A stretch of 64,000 bases of DNA from an uncultured archaeon. GTDB taxonomy: Archaea; Thermoplasmatota; Penumbrarchaeia; JASLWR01. Every line of letters starts with the position of its first letter. Position 1 is the stretch's first letter. A program made the position numbers and the translations under genes. Location of the stretch: NCBI GenBank assembly GCA_964430885.1, contig CAYSHM010000013.1, positions 14,955 to 78,954 of the forward strand, read 5' to 3'. The notes under the pieces are model-generated. The model was not told the DNA's origin. It saw nothing but the letters and a program-made list of their open reading frames with translations, and made no database searches. Below, piece after piece: positions 9,970 through 19,939 of this stretch.

Positions 9970-10680
9970 TTGAGCTTTAAAGAGGGTATTGATGAGGAGG
10001 AAAGCGGAAATTCCGTCAGAAACAGGGAGGTGGTGACACCAGGGGAGGAGTTGTACACATCCGAAGAGATGTATCCCGGTGATGGAGTGGATGTTGAGAA
10101 CGGCAGCATCTATTCCACAATTCTTGGGATGAAGTCCATCAATTCAGGCTATGTTAATATTCTTCCGTTGAATACTGTCTATATGCCCATCAAAGGAGAT
10201 CAGGTCATAGGAAGTATAGTCAATGTTAAACCCATGAACTGGCTGGTTGATATCAATGCCCCGGAACTGCTTTCGCTCCACGTGAGTTCCGTGCCCTGGA
10301 ACGTTGATTACGGGGATACCGAAAGATTCCTTAAGGTGGGTGATGCGGTCATCCTTAAGATCGTGGATGTCAATTCCCTTAATAGAATGGAAGCAACAAT
10401 GAAGGGAAGAGGGCTTCGGAAACTCAACAAGGGTTTCATTCTGCGTATCAATCCCGCCAAGGTTCCCAGGCTTATCGGCAAGGGCGGATCTATGATATCC
10501 CTTATCAGAGGGTATACCCAGTGCAAGCTTTTCGTGGCCCAGAACGGATTGATTTGGATCAAGGGGAGAAGCGAAATGGTGCCCCGGATCAAGCATGTTG
10601 TGGATATGGTCGAGGAACGCGCTCATCATTCTGGATTGACCGACAAGGTGAAGAGCTACCTCATGGACCTGGCAAAGTAG
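9970..10680 (+). CDS. rrp4: Exosome RNA-binding cap subunit Rrp4 (S1 + KH)
   Basis: VVTPGE, YMPIKGDQVIG (S1), KVPRLIGKGGSMI and VAQNGLIWI (KH), AHHSGLTD. Confidence 0.92.
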   Translation: MSFKEGIDEEESGNSVRNREVVTPGEELYTSEEMYPGDGVDVENGSIYSTILGMKSINSGYVNILPLNTVYMPIKGDQVIGSIVNVKPMNWLVDINAPELLSLHVSSVPWNVDYGDTERFLKVGDAVILKIVDVNSLNRMEATMKGRGLRKLNKGFILRINPAKVPRLIGKGGSMISLIRGYTQCKLFVAQNGLIWIKGRSEMVPRIKHVVDMVEERAHHSGLTDKVKSYLMDLAK

Positions 10681-10853
10681 ATCCGGATGTTATTACAGCC
10701 ACGATTCTCGAATTCGAACTCTTATTTAGCTTTCATATGAGAAACAAAGCTCAATTTATCCCTTATCAATTATTACCAATACCTATTTAATCAATCTTGA
10801 ATTATAGTCGAAGAAGTTAGACCGCCGTATGGCGCGATAGAGGATTGTAATAG

Positions 10854-13652
10854 GTGATAGAGTTGGAGATCAAGTACAATGCCCAGGAAATTGAGATCAA
10901 ATGGCAGAAGAAATGGAGAGAAGAAGGCATATTCAATGTAGAGGCCAGCGACGACAAGGAAAAATTCTACTGTTTGGAGATGTATCCCTACCCCTCGGCC
11001 ACTCTCCATATGGGCCATTTGCGTAATTATTCAATAGGGGACTGCCTGGCCCGTTTCCAGCGGATGCATGGTAAGAACGTTCTCTATCCTATGGGTTACG
11101 ATGCCTTCGGTATGCCTGCGGAGAATGCCGCCATCCTCCATGGAGCCCAGCCCAAGAAATGGACCTGGGATAATATCAAGAATATAGGCCAGCAGCAGAG
11201 AAGAATGGGTCTGAGCTACGACTGGGACCGCCAGATACAGAGCTGCGACGAGGATTATTACCGATGGAACCAGTGGATCTTCCTGAAACTGCTTGAAAAG
11301 GGACTCGTAAAACGAAAGAAATCCTTTGTGAACTGGTGCAGTGAGTGTACCACCGTACTTGCCAACGAGCAGGTTATCAACAACAGGTGCTGGAGGTGCT
11401 CAACCGAGATACAGCCTCTGGAGAAGGAGCAGTGGTTCTTCGGTATCCGGAAATACGCAGATGAGCTTTTGGAATCCCTGGATGATCTGGACTGGCCTGA
11501 CAGGGTCAAATCAATGCAGAGTAACTGGATAGGCCGAAGTGAAGGGACCATAATCAAGTTCGAGATCAAGGATACCGGAAAGGAGATTCCAATATTCACC
11601 ACCAGACCCGATACACTTTTCGGTGTCACATTCATGGTATTCGCACCTGAGCATCCCTGGGTAAAGGAATGGGTCAAGGGTACCGAGTATCAGGATGAGT
11701 TCGAGGCATTTCTGGCGGAAGTACTCAAGGAGGACAAGTTCAAAAGGATGGATGCCAGCAGGGACAAGAAGGGCATGTTCACAGGCAAGTACGCCGTTAA
11801 TCCCATAAACGGACGTGAGGTTCCGGTATATGTAGGTAATTTTGTGATCTACGGGTATGGTGCAGGTGCCGTCATGGCAGTACCTTCACATGACCAGAGG
11901 GATTTCGAGTTCGCAAAGGAGCATGATATCCCTATTATTGTTGTGATCAATCCGCCAGGATATTCCATCAATGCCGAGAAGATGGCAAGGGCGTACGAGG
12001 GTAACGGTGAGCTGGTGAACTCTGGAGAGTTCACGGGTTTCAGGAGCGAGGAGGCCCAGGATTACATATCTGATAAACTAGCAGAGATGAATAAGGGCGG
12101 TAAGACCGTTGACTATCGTCTTCGGGACTGGCTCATATCCCGCCAGAGGTACTGGGGGACACCCATACCCATGGTCTACTGCGATAAATGCGGCGTTGTG
12201 CCGGTGCCCTACGAGGAGCTCCCTGTAAAGCTTCCGGATGATGTGATATTCACAGGTGACTGCAATCCCCTGGAGACCTCGGAGAGCTTTGTCAATACCG
12301 GCTGTCCCCAGTGCGGGGAGCCCGCCAGGAGGGAGACTGATACCATGGACACCTTCGTTGACAGCTCCTGGTATTTCCTGAAATACTGCTCACCCCGGAC
12401 CGAGGATTTTCCCTTCAACCGTGATGATGTCAACTACTGGATGGCGGTTGACCAGTACATTGGGGGCATAGAGCACGCTACTGGACATTTGATCTATGCA
12501 CGGTTCTTCACCAAGGCCATGAGGGATATGGGTCTTCTGGATTTCAATGAGCCCTTCGGCAGGCTCATGACCCAGGGAATGGTTAATAAGGAAGCGGCAT
12601 ACTGTCAGGAGTGCGATGTGTTCTTCCATCCTGACAAGGTGAAGGACAGTGATGACTGTCCCGAATGCGGAAACCACCTGGGACAGAGAATTACAAAGAT
12701 GTCCAAGAGTCTGGGGAATACTGTTAGTCCCGATAATGTCATCAAGGAGTTCGGGGCAGACTCTGCCCGCTTCTTCATATTGTCAGGGTCCAATCCCCGA
12801 AGGGACCTGGCCTGGTCTGATGAGGGTATAGAGACAACCTACCGGTTCATGGATAAGACCTACAGGCTTCTCATGGAACCCCCCAAGGATGTAAAGAATG
12901 GAGGTCTGGACGCCTGGGATGAATTGATGGAATACCGACTGAATTCCACAATCCGCAATGTCACCCATGAACTTGCAGAGCTCATGATACGTGACGCCAT
13001 AAATTCAATAATTAGGTTCATCAATCAGCTTTCTGCTTATAAGAAGGGAATTGTAGAGAAGGAACTCTACGATAGGTCAGTGGACTCTCTGATGCTTATG
13101 CTGGCCCCCATCGTGCCTCATATGGCCGAGGAGATTAATCAGCACAGGGGAAGCGCCGAATTTGCCTCCCTCCGCATGTGGCCAGGGTATGATGAAGAGA
13201 TGCTGGGCGAGGTTACAGAGTTCAAATGGGATATGCTTGACGCTGTTATCGAAGACATAAAGGATATTCTCGTTATCATCGGTAAGGAGGAGGTGGAAGG
13301 GATAAAGCTCTTTACGGCTGATAGCTGGAAATACAGGTTCGTTGATATATTCAGGGAGGAGTTCCGGAAAACAAAGAATTTCGGGGAGATAATGTCCAGG
13401 ATGATGAGGGAGGAGAAACTTAGAAAGCATGGGAAGACCATTAACAGGATGATAGCCCAGTTCCTGAAAAAACCCAGCCTGGCCCCGGATATTCTCCTGG
13501 ATTCAGAGTCAGAATTTGAGTTCTTTGATTTGGTAAAGATTATTCTTGAGAAGAGGTTCAACTGCCCAGTTGCAGTCGAGTTTGAGGGAACCACCCAGGA
13601 GAAGAAGGCCGGTAAGGCTCTCCCGGGCAAACCTGCCATAATTATCCAGTAG
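10854..13652 (+). CDS. leuS: Leucine--tRNA ligase, bacterial-type core with archaeal-type C-terminal domain
   Basis: [20 protein letters not shown] (CP1 editing), [30 protein letters not shown]; ends [15 protein letters not shown]. Confidence 0.95.
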   Translation: MIELEIKYNAQEIEIKWQKKWREEGIFNVEASDDKEKFYCLEMYPYPSATLHMGHLRNYSIGDCLARFQRMHGKNVLYPMGYDAFGMPAENAAILHGAQPKKWTWDNIKNIGQQQRRMGLSYDWDRQIQSCDEDYYRWNQWIFLKLLEKGLVKRKKSFVNWCSECTTVLANEQVINNRCWRCSTEIQPLEKEQWFFGIRKYADELLESLDDLDWPDRVKSMQSNWIGRSEGTIIKFEIKDTGKEIPIFTTRPDTLFGVTFMVFAPEHPWVKEWVKGTEYQDEFEAFLAEVLKEDKFKRMDASRDKKGMFTGKYAVNPINGREVPVYVGNFVIYGYGAGAVMAVPSHDQRDFEFAKEHDIPIIVVINPPGYSINAEKMARAYEGNGELVNSGEFTGFRSEEAQDYISDKLAEMNKGGKTVDYRLRDWLISRQRYWGTPIPMVYCDKCGVVPVPYEELPVKLPDDVIFTGDCNPLETSESFVNTGCPQCGEPARRETDTMDTFVDSSWYFLKYCSPRTEDFPFNRDDVNYWMAVDQYIGGIEHATGHLIYARFFTKAMRDMGLLDFNEPFGRLMTQGMVNKEAAYCQECDVFFHPDKVKDSDDCPECGNHLGQRITKMSKSLGNTVSPDNVIKEFGADSARFFILSGSNPRRDLAWSDEGIETTYRFMDKTYRLLMEPPKDVKNGGLDAWDELMEYRLNSTIRNVTHELAELMIRDAINSIIRFINQLSAYKKGIVEKELYDRSVDSLMLMLAPIVPHMAEEINQHRGSAEFASLRMWPGYDEEMLGEVTEFKWDMLDAVIEDIKDILVIIGKEEVEGIKLFTADSWKYRFVDIFREEFRKTKNFGEIMSRMMREEKLRKHGKTINRMIAQFLKKPSLAPDILLDSESEFEFFDLVKIILEKRFNCPVAVEFEGTTQEKKAGKALPGKPAIIIQ

Positions 13653-13664
13653 AGCTGATAGGTT

Positions 13665-14648
13665 ATGAACAATGAGGTAATCGCAGGCGTTGATGTAGGC
13701 GGTACCAAGATATCTGTGTGTCTAGCGGATAGAAGAGGTATTCTTTTAAATTGCTTGGAGCCTACGGTTCTGGAGGGTCCGGCTGATTCTATACCTTGTC
13801 AGATAATAGGAATGATAGAGAGGCTTTGTATGGCTGCGGGTATGGAGAAGGGAGGTCTGAAGGGTGTGGGCGTGAGCTCCGCAGGCCCGTTCATGCTCAT
13901 TAACGGACTTATTAACTTGGTCTCACCTAACATATGCGGAGCTTTGGCTCCGGAGAGAGGCATTATTCCCAATGATTGGTCGGCTGTGGCTATTGAGAAA
14001 GTGCTGGCGAATGCCCTGCCAGAAGTTGTTATTCGGAATGACGCTGTTGCTGGAGCTGTTGCCGAGAGGACCTTGGGTTCGGCCAAGGATGCGGATAATC
14101 TTGTCTATGTGACCTGGAGCACAGGAATTGGTACTGGGGCATTTGTTGACGGCAGGCTTATTGAGGGGAAGAACGGCAACGCACCTCACGGAGGCCACAT
14201 ATTTCTTCTTGAAGAAGGTCCCTTGTGCGGATGCGGTAACAGGGGAGATCTGGAATCTCTCGCCTCGGGTACAGCCATCGCCAGGGATTACGGTCAGGAT
14301 GTTGATACTGCGGAGGTTTTCCGGCGGTATCATCTTGGAAACGATGATAAGGCAAAGGAAGTTATTGATAGGGCCGCCGGGCTTTTCGCTCGGGGTTTAG
14401 CATCCATCAATGCAGTGCTTGATACAAAGGTCATTGTAATAGGTGGAAGTGTGTTCCTGAACAACGTGGAACTTCTTTTACCCAAGATCAGGGATATTTT
14501 TTATTCCACATTTTCAGTGCTCTCAGATAACGTCGAAATTGTTCCCTCCACATTGGCATCCTACCTGCCGGACCTTGCGAGTCTGTCCCTTGCGATGGAT
14601 GATGATTGGTGCAAAAACTGGCATTCAAATAGACCTTGGCTTGATTGA
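13665..14648 (+). CDS. ROK family sugar kinase
   Basis: GVDVGGTKI, NDAVAGAVAE, STGIGTG, GH...CGCGNRGDLE (ROK zinc motif). Confidence 0.88.
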   Translation: MNNEVIAGVDVGGTKISVCLADRRGILLNCLEPTVLEGPADSIPCQIIGMIERLCMAAGMEKGGLKGVGVSSAGPFMLINGLINLVSPNICGALAPERGIIPNDWSAVAIEKVLANALPEVVIRNDAVAGAVAERTLGSAKDADNLVYVTWSTGIGTGAFVDGRLIEGKNGNAPHGGHIFLLEEGPLCGCGNRGDLESLASGTAIARDYGQDVDTAEVFRRYHLGNDDKAKEVIDRAAGLFARGLASINAVLDTKVIVIGGSVFLNNVELLLPKIRDIFYSTFSVLSDNVEIVPSTLASYLPDLASLSLAMDDDWCKNWHSNRPWLD

Positions 14649-14737
14649 TTTATTGAACCTTTCCAAAATCGGAGTACCTTTCAAATACGAAAATCATCTA
14701 TTATCACTGTGTAATATCTGAGTGATGATTTGATTTA

Positions 14738-16906
14738 TTGGTGATAATTATTAATTCAAACGGAAAATCAAAAGGAGGGTCATCCCGGATCCTGCCTATA
14801 GTTGTCTTGATCAGTCTGCTTCTAAGTCTGAGTCTGGCTCTGGCTTCGGAGGTTTTAACAGATAGGTCCGGTAATATGTGCCAGGGCTGCCATGGCAACA
14901 GATACAAGGAGTACTGCAACCTCCTGCCCCATGACGCCGAGAGCGATCTGCCTGCCAGCGCTGATGTGGACCTGACCATAACCATGAAGATGGCTGTAGA
15001 GGTGATAAGCACAGGCCAGTCAGGTCCGAGCAATTATTTCTTGGTGGATGTCCTACGTGTAACCCTGGGCAGTGTTAACGGGAAGGTGAACATTCCAGTT
15101 CCCCAGCAGGAGGCTAATAATTTATACCCTGGTGACCGGTCAGTATTCTCTTGGGATATCACGCCTACTGAAGCTGGGGATGAACAGCTGACTTTTTCCC
15201 TGTATGCTCACAATCCCCATAAATCATCAACCGCATCGGAGCTTTATTACCACGACCTCACCATTATCGGTCAGATGAGTGAACCGAGCTCTCCGCGTTC
15301 TTTGGAGCTCAGTGTGGGAAGGATATTTGCTCATCTGACCTGGGAAACTCCCCTGGATGACGGAGGTGATGATCTAATTAGATTCAATATCTACAGGGGG
15401 AACACACCTGGAAACGCAGTTCAATATGACACGGTTTCTCCCTTTACACTAGACTATAATGACACCGCTGTTTCACTGGGTGAGAGCTACTATTACCAGG
15501 TCAGCGCGGAGAACTCCCAGGGTGAGTCACCGTTATCTTCCGAAGTGTCCGGCGAACTTGTTTTCGCACCTTTAAGTCCACGGAACCTTCAGGGTGTGGG
15601 CGGGGACAACTATGTTCTGCTGTCATGGGACGAACCACTGGACGACGGAGGTGCGCATATTACAAGTTATAACCTTTACAGGGGAACTACCGAGAACGGT
15701 CTCTCACTGCTGGATTCCTTTGGTCCCTCAGAGCATTCTATCAACGACACATCTGTGACCAATAGCAATACCTATTATTATCACATTACCTGCGAGAACT
15801 CTCAGGGAGAATCCGATCCTGGTAGCATCATATCCATTACCCCCGAGAAGGATGTTTCGGTGCCCACCCCGCCCAGGGACCTTACCATAGAATGCGGAGA
15901 GGATTTTTGCCTTCTGAAATGGGATGAACCCGCTTATGACGGAGGAGCCCCGCTTATATTTTACAAGCTTTACAGGGGGCCGGCGGATGGTGAACGGGAA
16001 TTACTGATAAATATCGATGAAGTATATCTGGAATTTAATGATACCTCTGCTTACAGCGGAGTAGAGTATTCCTATCATGTGACCGTCGTGAATTCCGCAG
16101 GGGAATCACCACCGAGCACAATGGTAACCGGCAAACCCGATGTTGAAGTGAGTCTGCCTTCCCCTCCTGAGAACCTTACCTATACTGAGAGTGATGGGTA
16201 TGTTCATATATATTGGGAACCTCCGGCCAATTTCGGCGGGGGCCGTTTGATCAGTTTCAATCTCTACAGAGGGGAGGAACTGGCGTCTATCAGATTGTAT
16301 CGGAATATTCATCCTGACCTTAATGATTTCAATGATACCAACGTGACCAACGGCAAGGTGTTCAGGTACTATGTCACAGCACTGAACGAGAAATTCGAGA
16401 GCGGATCTACCAATATAATCTATACCCTGCCGGAAGAGGAGGATATTTCTGATGATCCCAAGGACGATCCTAAACCGCAGTTTCCTCCCTCTTTCCTCCT
16501 GACCATACCTGATGAAGAAACAATCGAGACAGGTCTGAACAACATTGTGCATTTTATGGTGAGGGGCAATGTAACGGCCAATATCACATGGTTTGTCGAG
16601 GGTGACGTGTATTCCAAGGGTTCGGAGATACTGGAATATCCTACCCTTTTACCAGGCACCTATGATATAGAGGTGGAGCTGGAGAGATACGGACTTACCG
16701 CTTCACACTCGTGGAAAATCAAGGTCCTGTACCGGACACCCGGGAATGATGACAGTAGCAATATTGGCAATGGCGGTTCCCAAGGAGATCCCGAGAGCGG
16801 TGGAAGTACTGATTACGGTCTCTTTGCCGACATGCTCTACATTTTGGGCGGTATAGGATTAATCGTCTTAACAGTGATACTTGTGATCTATTACAGGAGG
16901 CAGTAA
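14738..16906 (+). CDS. Exported CxxCH (putative c-type monoheme) protein with Ig-like domain, four fibronectin type III repeats and C-terminal membrane anchor
   Basis: Signal peptide ILPIVVLISLLLSLSLALA, CQGCH at ~14879-14893, four P..P..L...W..P..(D/F)GG....YRG...ND..V......Y.Y.V...N..GES repeats, C-terminal TM followed by YYRRQ. Confidence 0.8.
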   Translation: MVIIINSNGKSKGGSSRILPIVVLISLLLSLSLALASEVLTDRSGNMCQGCHGNRYKEYCNLLPHDAESDLPASADVDLTITMKMAVEVISTGQSGPSNYFLVDVLRVTLGSVNGKVNIPVPQQEANNLYPGDRSVFSWDITPTEAGDEQLTFSLYAHNPHKSSTASELYYHDLTIIGQMSEPSSPRSLELSVGRIFAHLTWETPLDDGGDDLIRFNIYRGNTPGNAVQYDTVSPFTLDYNDTAVSLGESYYYQVSAENSQGESPLSSEVSGELVFAPLSPRNLQGVGGDNYVLLSWDEPLDDGGAHITSYNLYRGTTENGLSLLDSFGPSEHSINDTSVTNSNTYYYHITCENSQGESDPGSIISITPEKDVSVPTPPRDLTIECGEDFCLLKWDEPAYDGGAPLIFYKLYRGPADGERELLINIDEVYLEFNDTSAYSGVEYSYHVTVVNSAGESPPSTMVTGKPDVEVSLPSPPENLTYTESDGYVHIYWEPPANFGGGRLISFNLYRGEELASIRLYRNIHPDLNDFNDTNVTNGKVFRYYVTALNEKFESGSTNIIYTLPEEEDISDDPKDDPKPQFPPSFLLTIPDEETIETGLNNIVHFMVRGNVTANITWFVEGDVYSKGSEILEYPTLLPGTYDIEVELERYGLTASHSWKIKVLYRTPGNDDSSNIGNGGSQGDPESGGSTDYGLFADMLYILGGIGLIVLTVILVIYYRRQ

Positions 16907-18235
16907 ATGAAGCGCATACTGGTCCTGGCCTCCCTCCTGCTTCTCCTTGCTTCCACACTAGCTGCCGGCTATTCCGAGACCCGAAGCAACTGTTATTCAT
17001 GCCACAGCTCATCTTCGGCTTCAGGCGGCTACAAATATGTTCTCCCTGAACTTCAGCTCGATGTGCCGGGATTTGTAGAGCCGGATACGGATTTCGTATT
17101 GAATATGAAACTACTTTTCTCCGATTACGAAATAGAAGAAGCTGAGTTCACCCTGAGTGCCGACGAGGACATGCTGGTCTTTACCGAAGATGTTGTGAAA
17201 CGTTCAGGTCTATCCAATGGTGATGAGGTTTCTATAGGGGGTAAGACCAAGGGTCAAGGCGTTGTGGAGATAAAGGTGATCGCAAGGGTAGATGTCTATT
17301 ATGACCATAATGTCGGCAGTTATGATGACAGGGGCACGGAGATACTTGAGAAGACCGCTGTTCTGACAGTCGGAAGTACATCGCTCATTCCCTCTCATTG
17401 GTCTATACTCCTTAAAAAGGATCCAGTCCCGGTTCAATTGAAGGCCAAGGAAGATATTACCGATATTGAAATAACGGCACCTTACGGAGTTCATGTACTA
17501 CCCCAGACAATTGCCAAGCTGGATTCTGGAAAGACCGCAGTCATTACCCTGGAAGCCGACAGCAGTTCTAGCATTAATGAAAATATTATTATCACCTGGA
17601 ATGAAGGAGGCAACCAAAGGGCTTTATCCATCAATGTGGTTCACAGGGCTTCATCTGGTTCAGGAAGCGACGGCCTTCACTTGATGGGCAGAATAACTGG
17701 AATAGCCTCAATATTCCTTCTTTTGGCGTCACTGATATTCGGGGGGCTCTGGAATTCACGAAATGCACTGAAAAAAATGATGTCAGCCAAAACAAGGATA
17801 AAGATTCACTGCGGAATCTCATGGTTCCTCTTTGCCCTTGCATTATATCACGGGATAATCCTTCTTGTCGGCCCCTATAATTCGCAGATCTGGGAGAGGC
17901 CGGTGATAATTGGTGATATTGCAGCCTTTGGTATGCTGATCGCAGCCCTGTCAGGAGGTTTGATGAAATGGATGATCAGGAAGTTTGGTAGAAAGGCGTG
18001 GCGGATCATACATCTGTATTCAACCCTAGGAGCTCTTGTTCTGGGAACCCTTCACGGCATTCAGATGGGGACTGATACGGATTTCATAAGGGAAACACCC
18101 CCCCTTCGGATATTTATCATGGCTGTGGTTATAATTGGAAGTATTATCTCACTTATAATGCTGCACAGAAGTAATAAGACCAAAAAAGCAGTAACCCCAA
18201 GGGGTGATCATAGGGTGAAGTTCAGGTCAAATTGA
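16907..18235 (+). CDS. Exported CxxCH domain plus Ig-like domains fused to a ferric-reductase-like (cytochrome b) transmembrane domain
   Basis: Signal peptide, CYSCH at 16991-17005, about five C-terminal TM helices with paired His (KIHCGIS/LYHGII and WRIIHLYS/TLHGIQMG). ATG abuts the upstream TAA. Confidence 0.78.
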   Translation: MKRILVLASLLLLLASTLAAGYSETRSNCYSCHSSSSASGGYKYVLPELQLDVPGFVEPDTDFVLNMKLLFSDYEIEEAEFTLSADEDMLVFTEDVVKRSGLSNGDEVSIGGKTKGQGVVEIKVIARVDVYYDHNVGSYDDRGTEILEKTAVLTVGSTSLIPSHWSILLKKDPVPVQLKAKEDITDIEITAPYGVHVLPQTIAKLDSGKTAVITLEADSSSSINENIIITWNEGGNQRALSINVVHRASSGSGSDGLHLMGRITGIASIFLLLASLIFGGLWNSRNALKKMMSAKTRIKIHCGISWFLFALALYHGIILLVGPYNSQIWERPVIIGDIAAFGMLIAALSGGLMKWMIRKFGRKAWRIIHLYSTLGALVLGTLHGIQMGTDTDFIRETPPLRIFIMAVVIIGSIISLIMLHRSNKTKKAVTPRGDHRVKFRSN

Positions 18236-18313
18236 TCATCAAATATTCTGAATATAATAGATTGATCAGGTCTATTAATAGAATGGATAACACATAAAGG
18301 TTGGATTGGTAAA

Positions 18314-18760
18314 ATGGCACATTCACTGGATTCGGCAATGATTTACATACACCCGCCCTTGGCCATTATCGGCTATGTTCTTATCCTTCTGAGCACAGTT
18401 TTCATTGGCCGGGAACTTTTCCTAAAAAAGCAATTCAAAGCTACAAAGAAGATCCTCTATACATCCTGGATCATTAACCTTCTGGGTGTAGTTACCGGTG
18501 CAATATGGGCACAGTGGGCCTGGGGTTCATACTGGTCCTGGGATCCCAAGGAGACGGTGTCTCTCATTATGTTCGTGTTTGTGGTAATAGGACTCCTTTT
18601 TTACGAAAACCCCATCTTCAATATCAAATGCGACGGAAGCTGCCCGGTACAGAACCATCGGAAACATATCTCGTTTGGACTCCATATAGCTGCAATCATA
18701 ACGATATTTATCAACATATGGATAACCCTTGGGAATTTCGGTCTGCATTCATACGGCTGA
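18314..18760 (+). CDS. ccsA: Minimal cytochrome c biogenesis (heme-handling WWD) protein, CcsA/CcmF-like
   Basis: [24 protein letters not shown] (WWD motif), C-terminal GLHSYG; four TM helices in 148 aa. Confidence 0.85.
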   Translation: MAHSLDSAMIYIHPPLAIIGYVLILLSTVFIGRELFLKKQFKATKKILYTSWIINLLGVVTGAIWAQWAWGSYWSWDPKETVSLIMFVFVVIGLLFYENPIFNIKCDGSCPVQNHRKHISFGLHIAAIITIFINIWITLGNFGLHSYG

Positions 18761-18798
18761 TCTGCCCTAATCTATCAGGACCTTTTCGAGGATGAAAT

Positions 18799-19824
18799 AT
18801 GTTTAGACGATTTCGAGATATCTGGCACCCGGAGAACTATCACGGAACGAAAAATAAAAAAAAATTCTTTGAAGGCTGGTACTTCAAGCTTGTTTCCGCA
18901 GATCTAAAGAAAAAATTCGCATTCATACCGGGTATATCCCTGTCCCCTGAAGACCCACACTGCTTCATCCAGGTTCTGGAAGGTGGCAGCAGCCAGACCA
19001 ATTATGTGCGCTATTCCATTGATGAATTTCAGATAGGCAAAAAATTCGATTTGACCCTGGGTAAGAGCCGTTTCAACATCGACGGCCTGGAGCTGGATAT
19101 CCTGGATGAGTTCATAACGATCAAGGGTGTAATTAACTTCAAGGATCAATATAAATGGCCCGGGACCTTCTTTTCACCCGGGGCCATGGGACCCTACCAG
19201 TTTGCGCCTTTCATGCAGTGTAACCATGGCATACTGAGCATGGACCATGTAATAACGGGTAAATTGGCGGTGAATGGGGAGAGCGTGGATTTAACCGGAG
19301 GCCGGGGTTACCTCGAAAAGGACTGGGGCCGGTCATTTCCACGGGCGTGGATATGGTCCCAATGCAATGATTGGGAGTCGCCGGCCCCCACCCCCGATCC
19401 CACACCTACGTCGGTGAGTATATCTGTTGCTACAGTGCCTTGGATGTGGAGCTATTTCACAGGTTTCATTATCGTTGTGATGGCCGGTGGGAAATTCTAC
19501 AATTTCTCCACCTATGCAGGAGGGAGGATAAAACGACTGAGGGTCAGAGATTCCTTGGTCGAGCTTAAGATCGTAAGTAAAGATATCGTTCTGGAAGCAA
19601 TTCTAATAAAGAGTCGCGGAGGAGAACTAGCTAGTCCGGTAAAGGGCATGATGGAGGGACGAATAACCGAGAGCCTTGATTCCAGGTGCAGGATCGCCCT
19701 TTACAGGCTGAGCAGGAATGGATCGGGGGAACGGCAGATTATGTTCAGGGGCAAGGGTGACCCGGCAGCCCTGGAAGTTGTGGGAGATATGGATGAGCTG
19801 AGGTCTGGATTAGGGTTGAAATAA
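18799..19824 (+). CDS. Tocopherol cyclase family protein
   Basis: FFEGWYFKL, MGP...APFMQC.HGILSM.H, GYLEKDWGRSFP.AWIW.QCN motifs. Confidence 0.85.
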   Translation: MFRRFRDIWHPENYHGTKNKKKFFEGWYFKLVSADLKKKFAFIPGISLSPEDPHCFIQVLEGGSSQTNYVRYSIDEFQIGKKFDLTLGKSRFNIDGLELDILDEFITIKGVINFKDQYKWPGTFFSPGAMGPYQFAPFMQCNHGILSMDHVITGKLAVNGESVDLTGGRGYLEKDWGRSFPRAWIWSQCNDWESPAPTPDPTPTSVSISVATVPWMWSYFTGFIIVVMAGGKFYNFSTYAGGRIKRLRVRDSLVELKIVSKDIVLEAILIKSRGGELASPVKGMMEGRITESLDSRCRIALYRLSRNGSGERQIMFRGKGDPAALEVVGDMDELRSGLGLK

Positions 19825-19939
19825 CATGAAATTTAGAATATTGAATATTTCCAGGTTCGAGATAACTTTGATAATGTTAATAATCTAACAAAAAGTATTA
19901 CCTCTGTATAATACATTTCCAATATTGAAGGTGAAATAT

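Noticed and set aside
18230-18292. Inverted repeats before the ccsA-like gene (TTGATCATCAA; AATAGA...TCTATT) resembling an FNR box
   Set aside because: The spacing does not match TTGAT-N4-ATCAA, and short AT-rich palindromes arise by chance.
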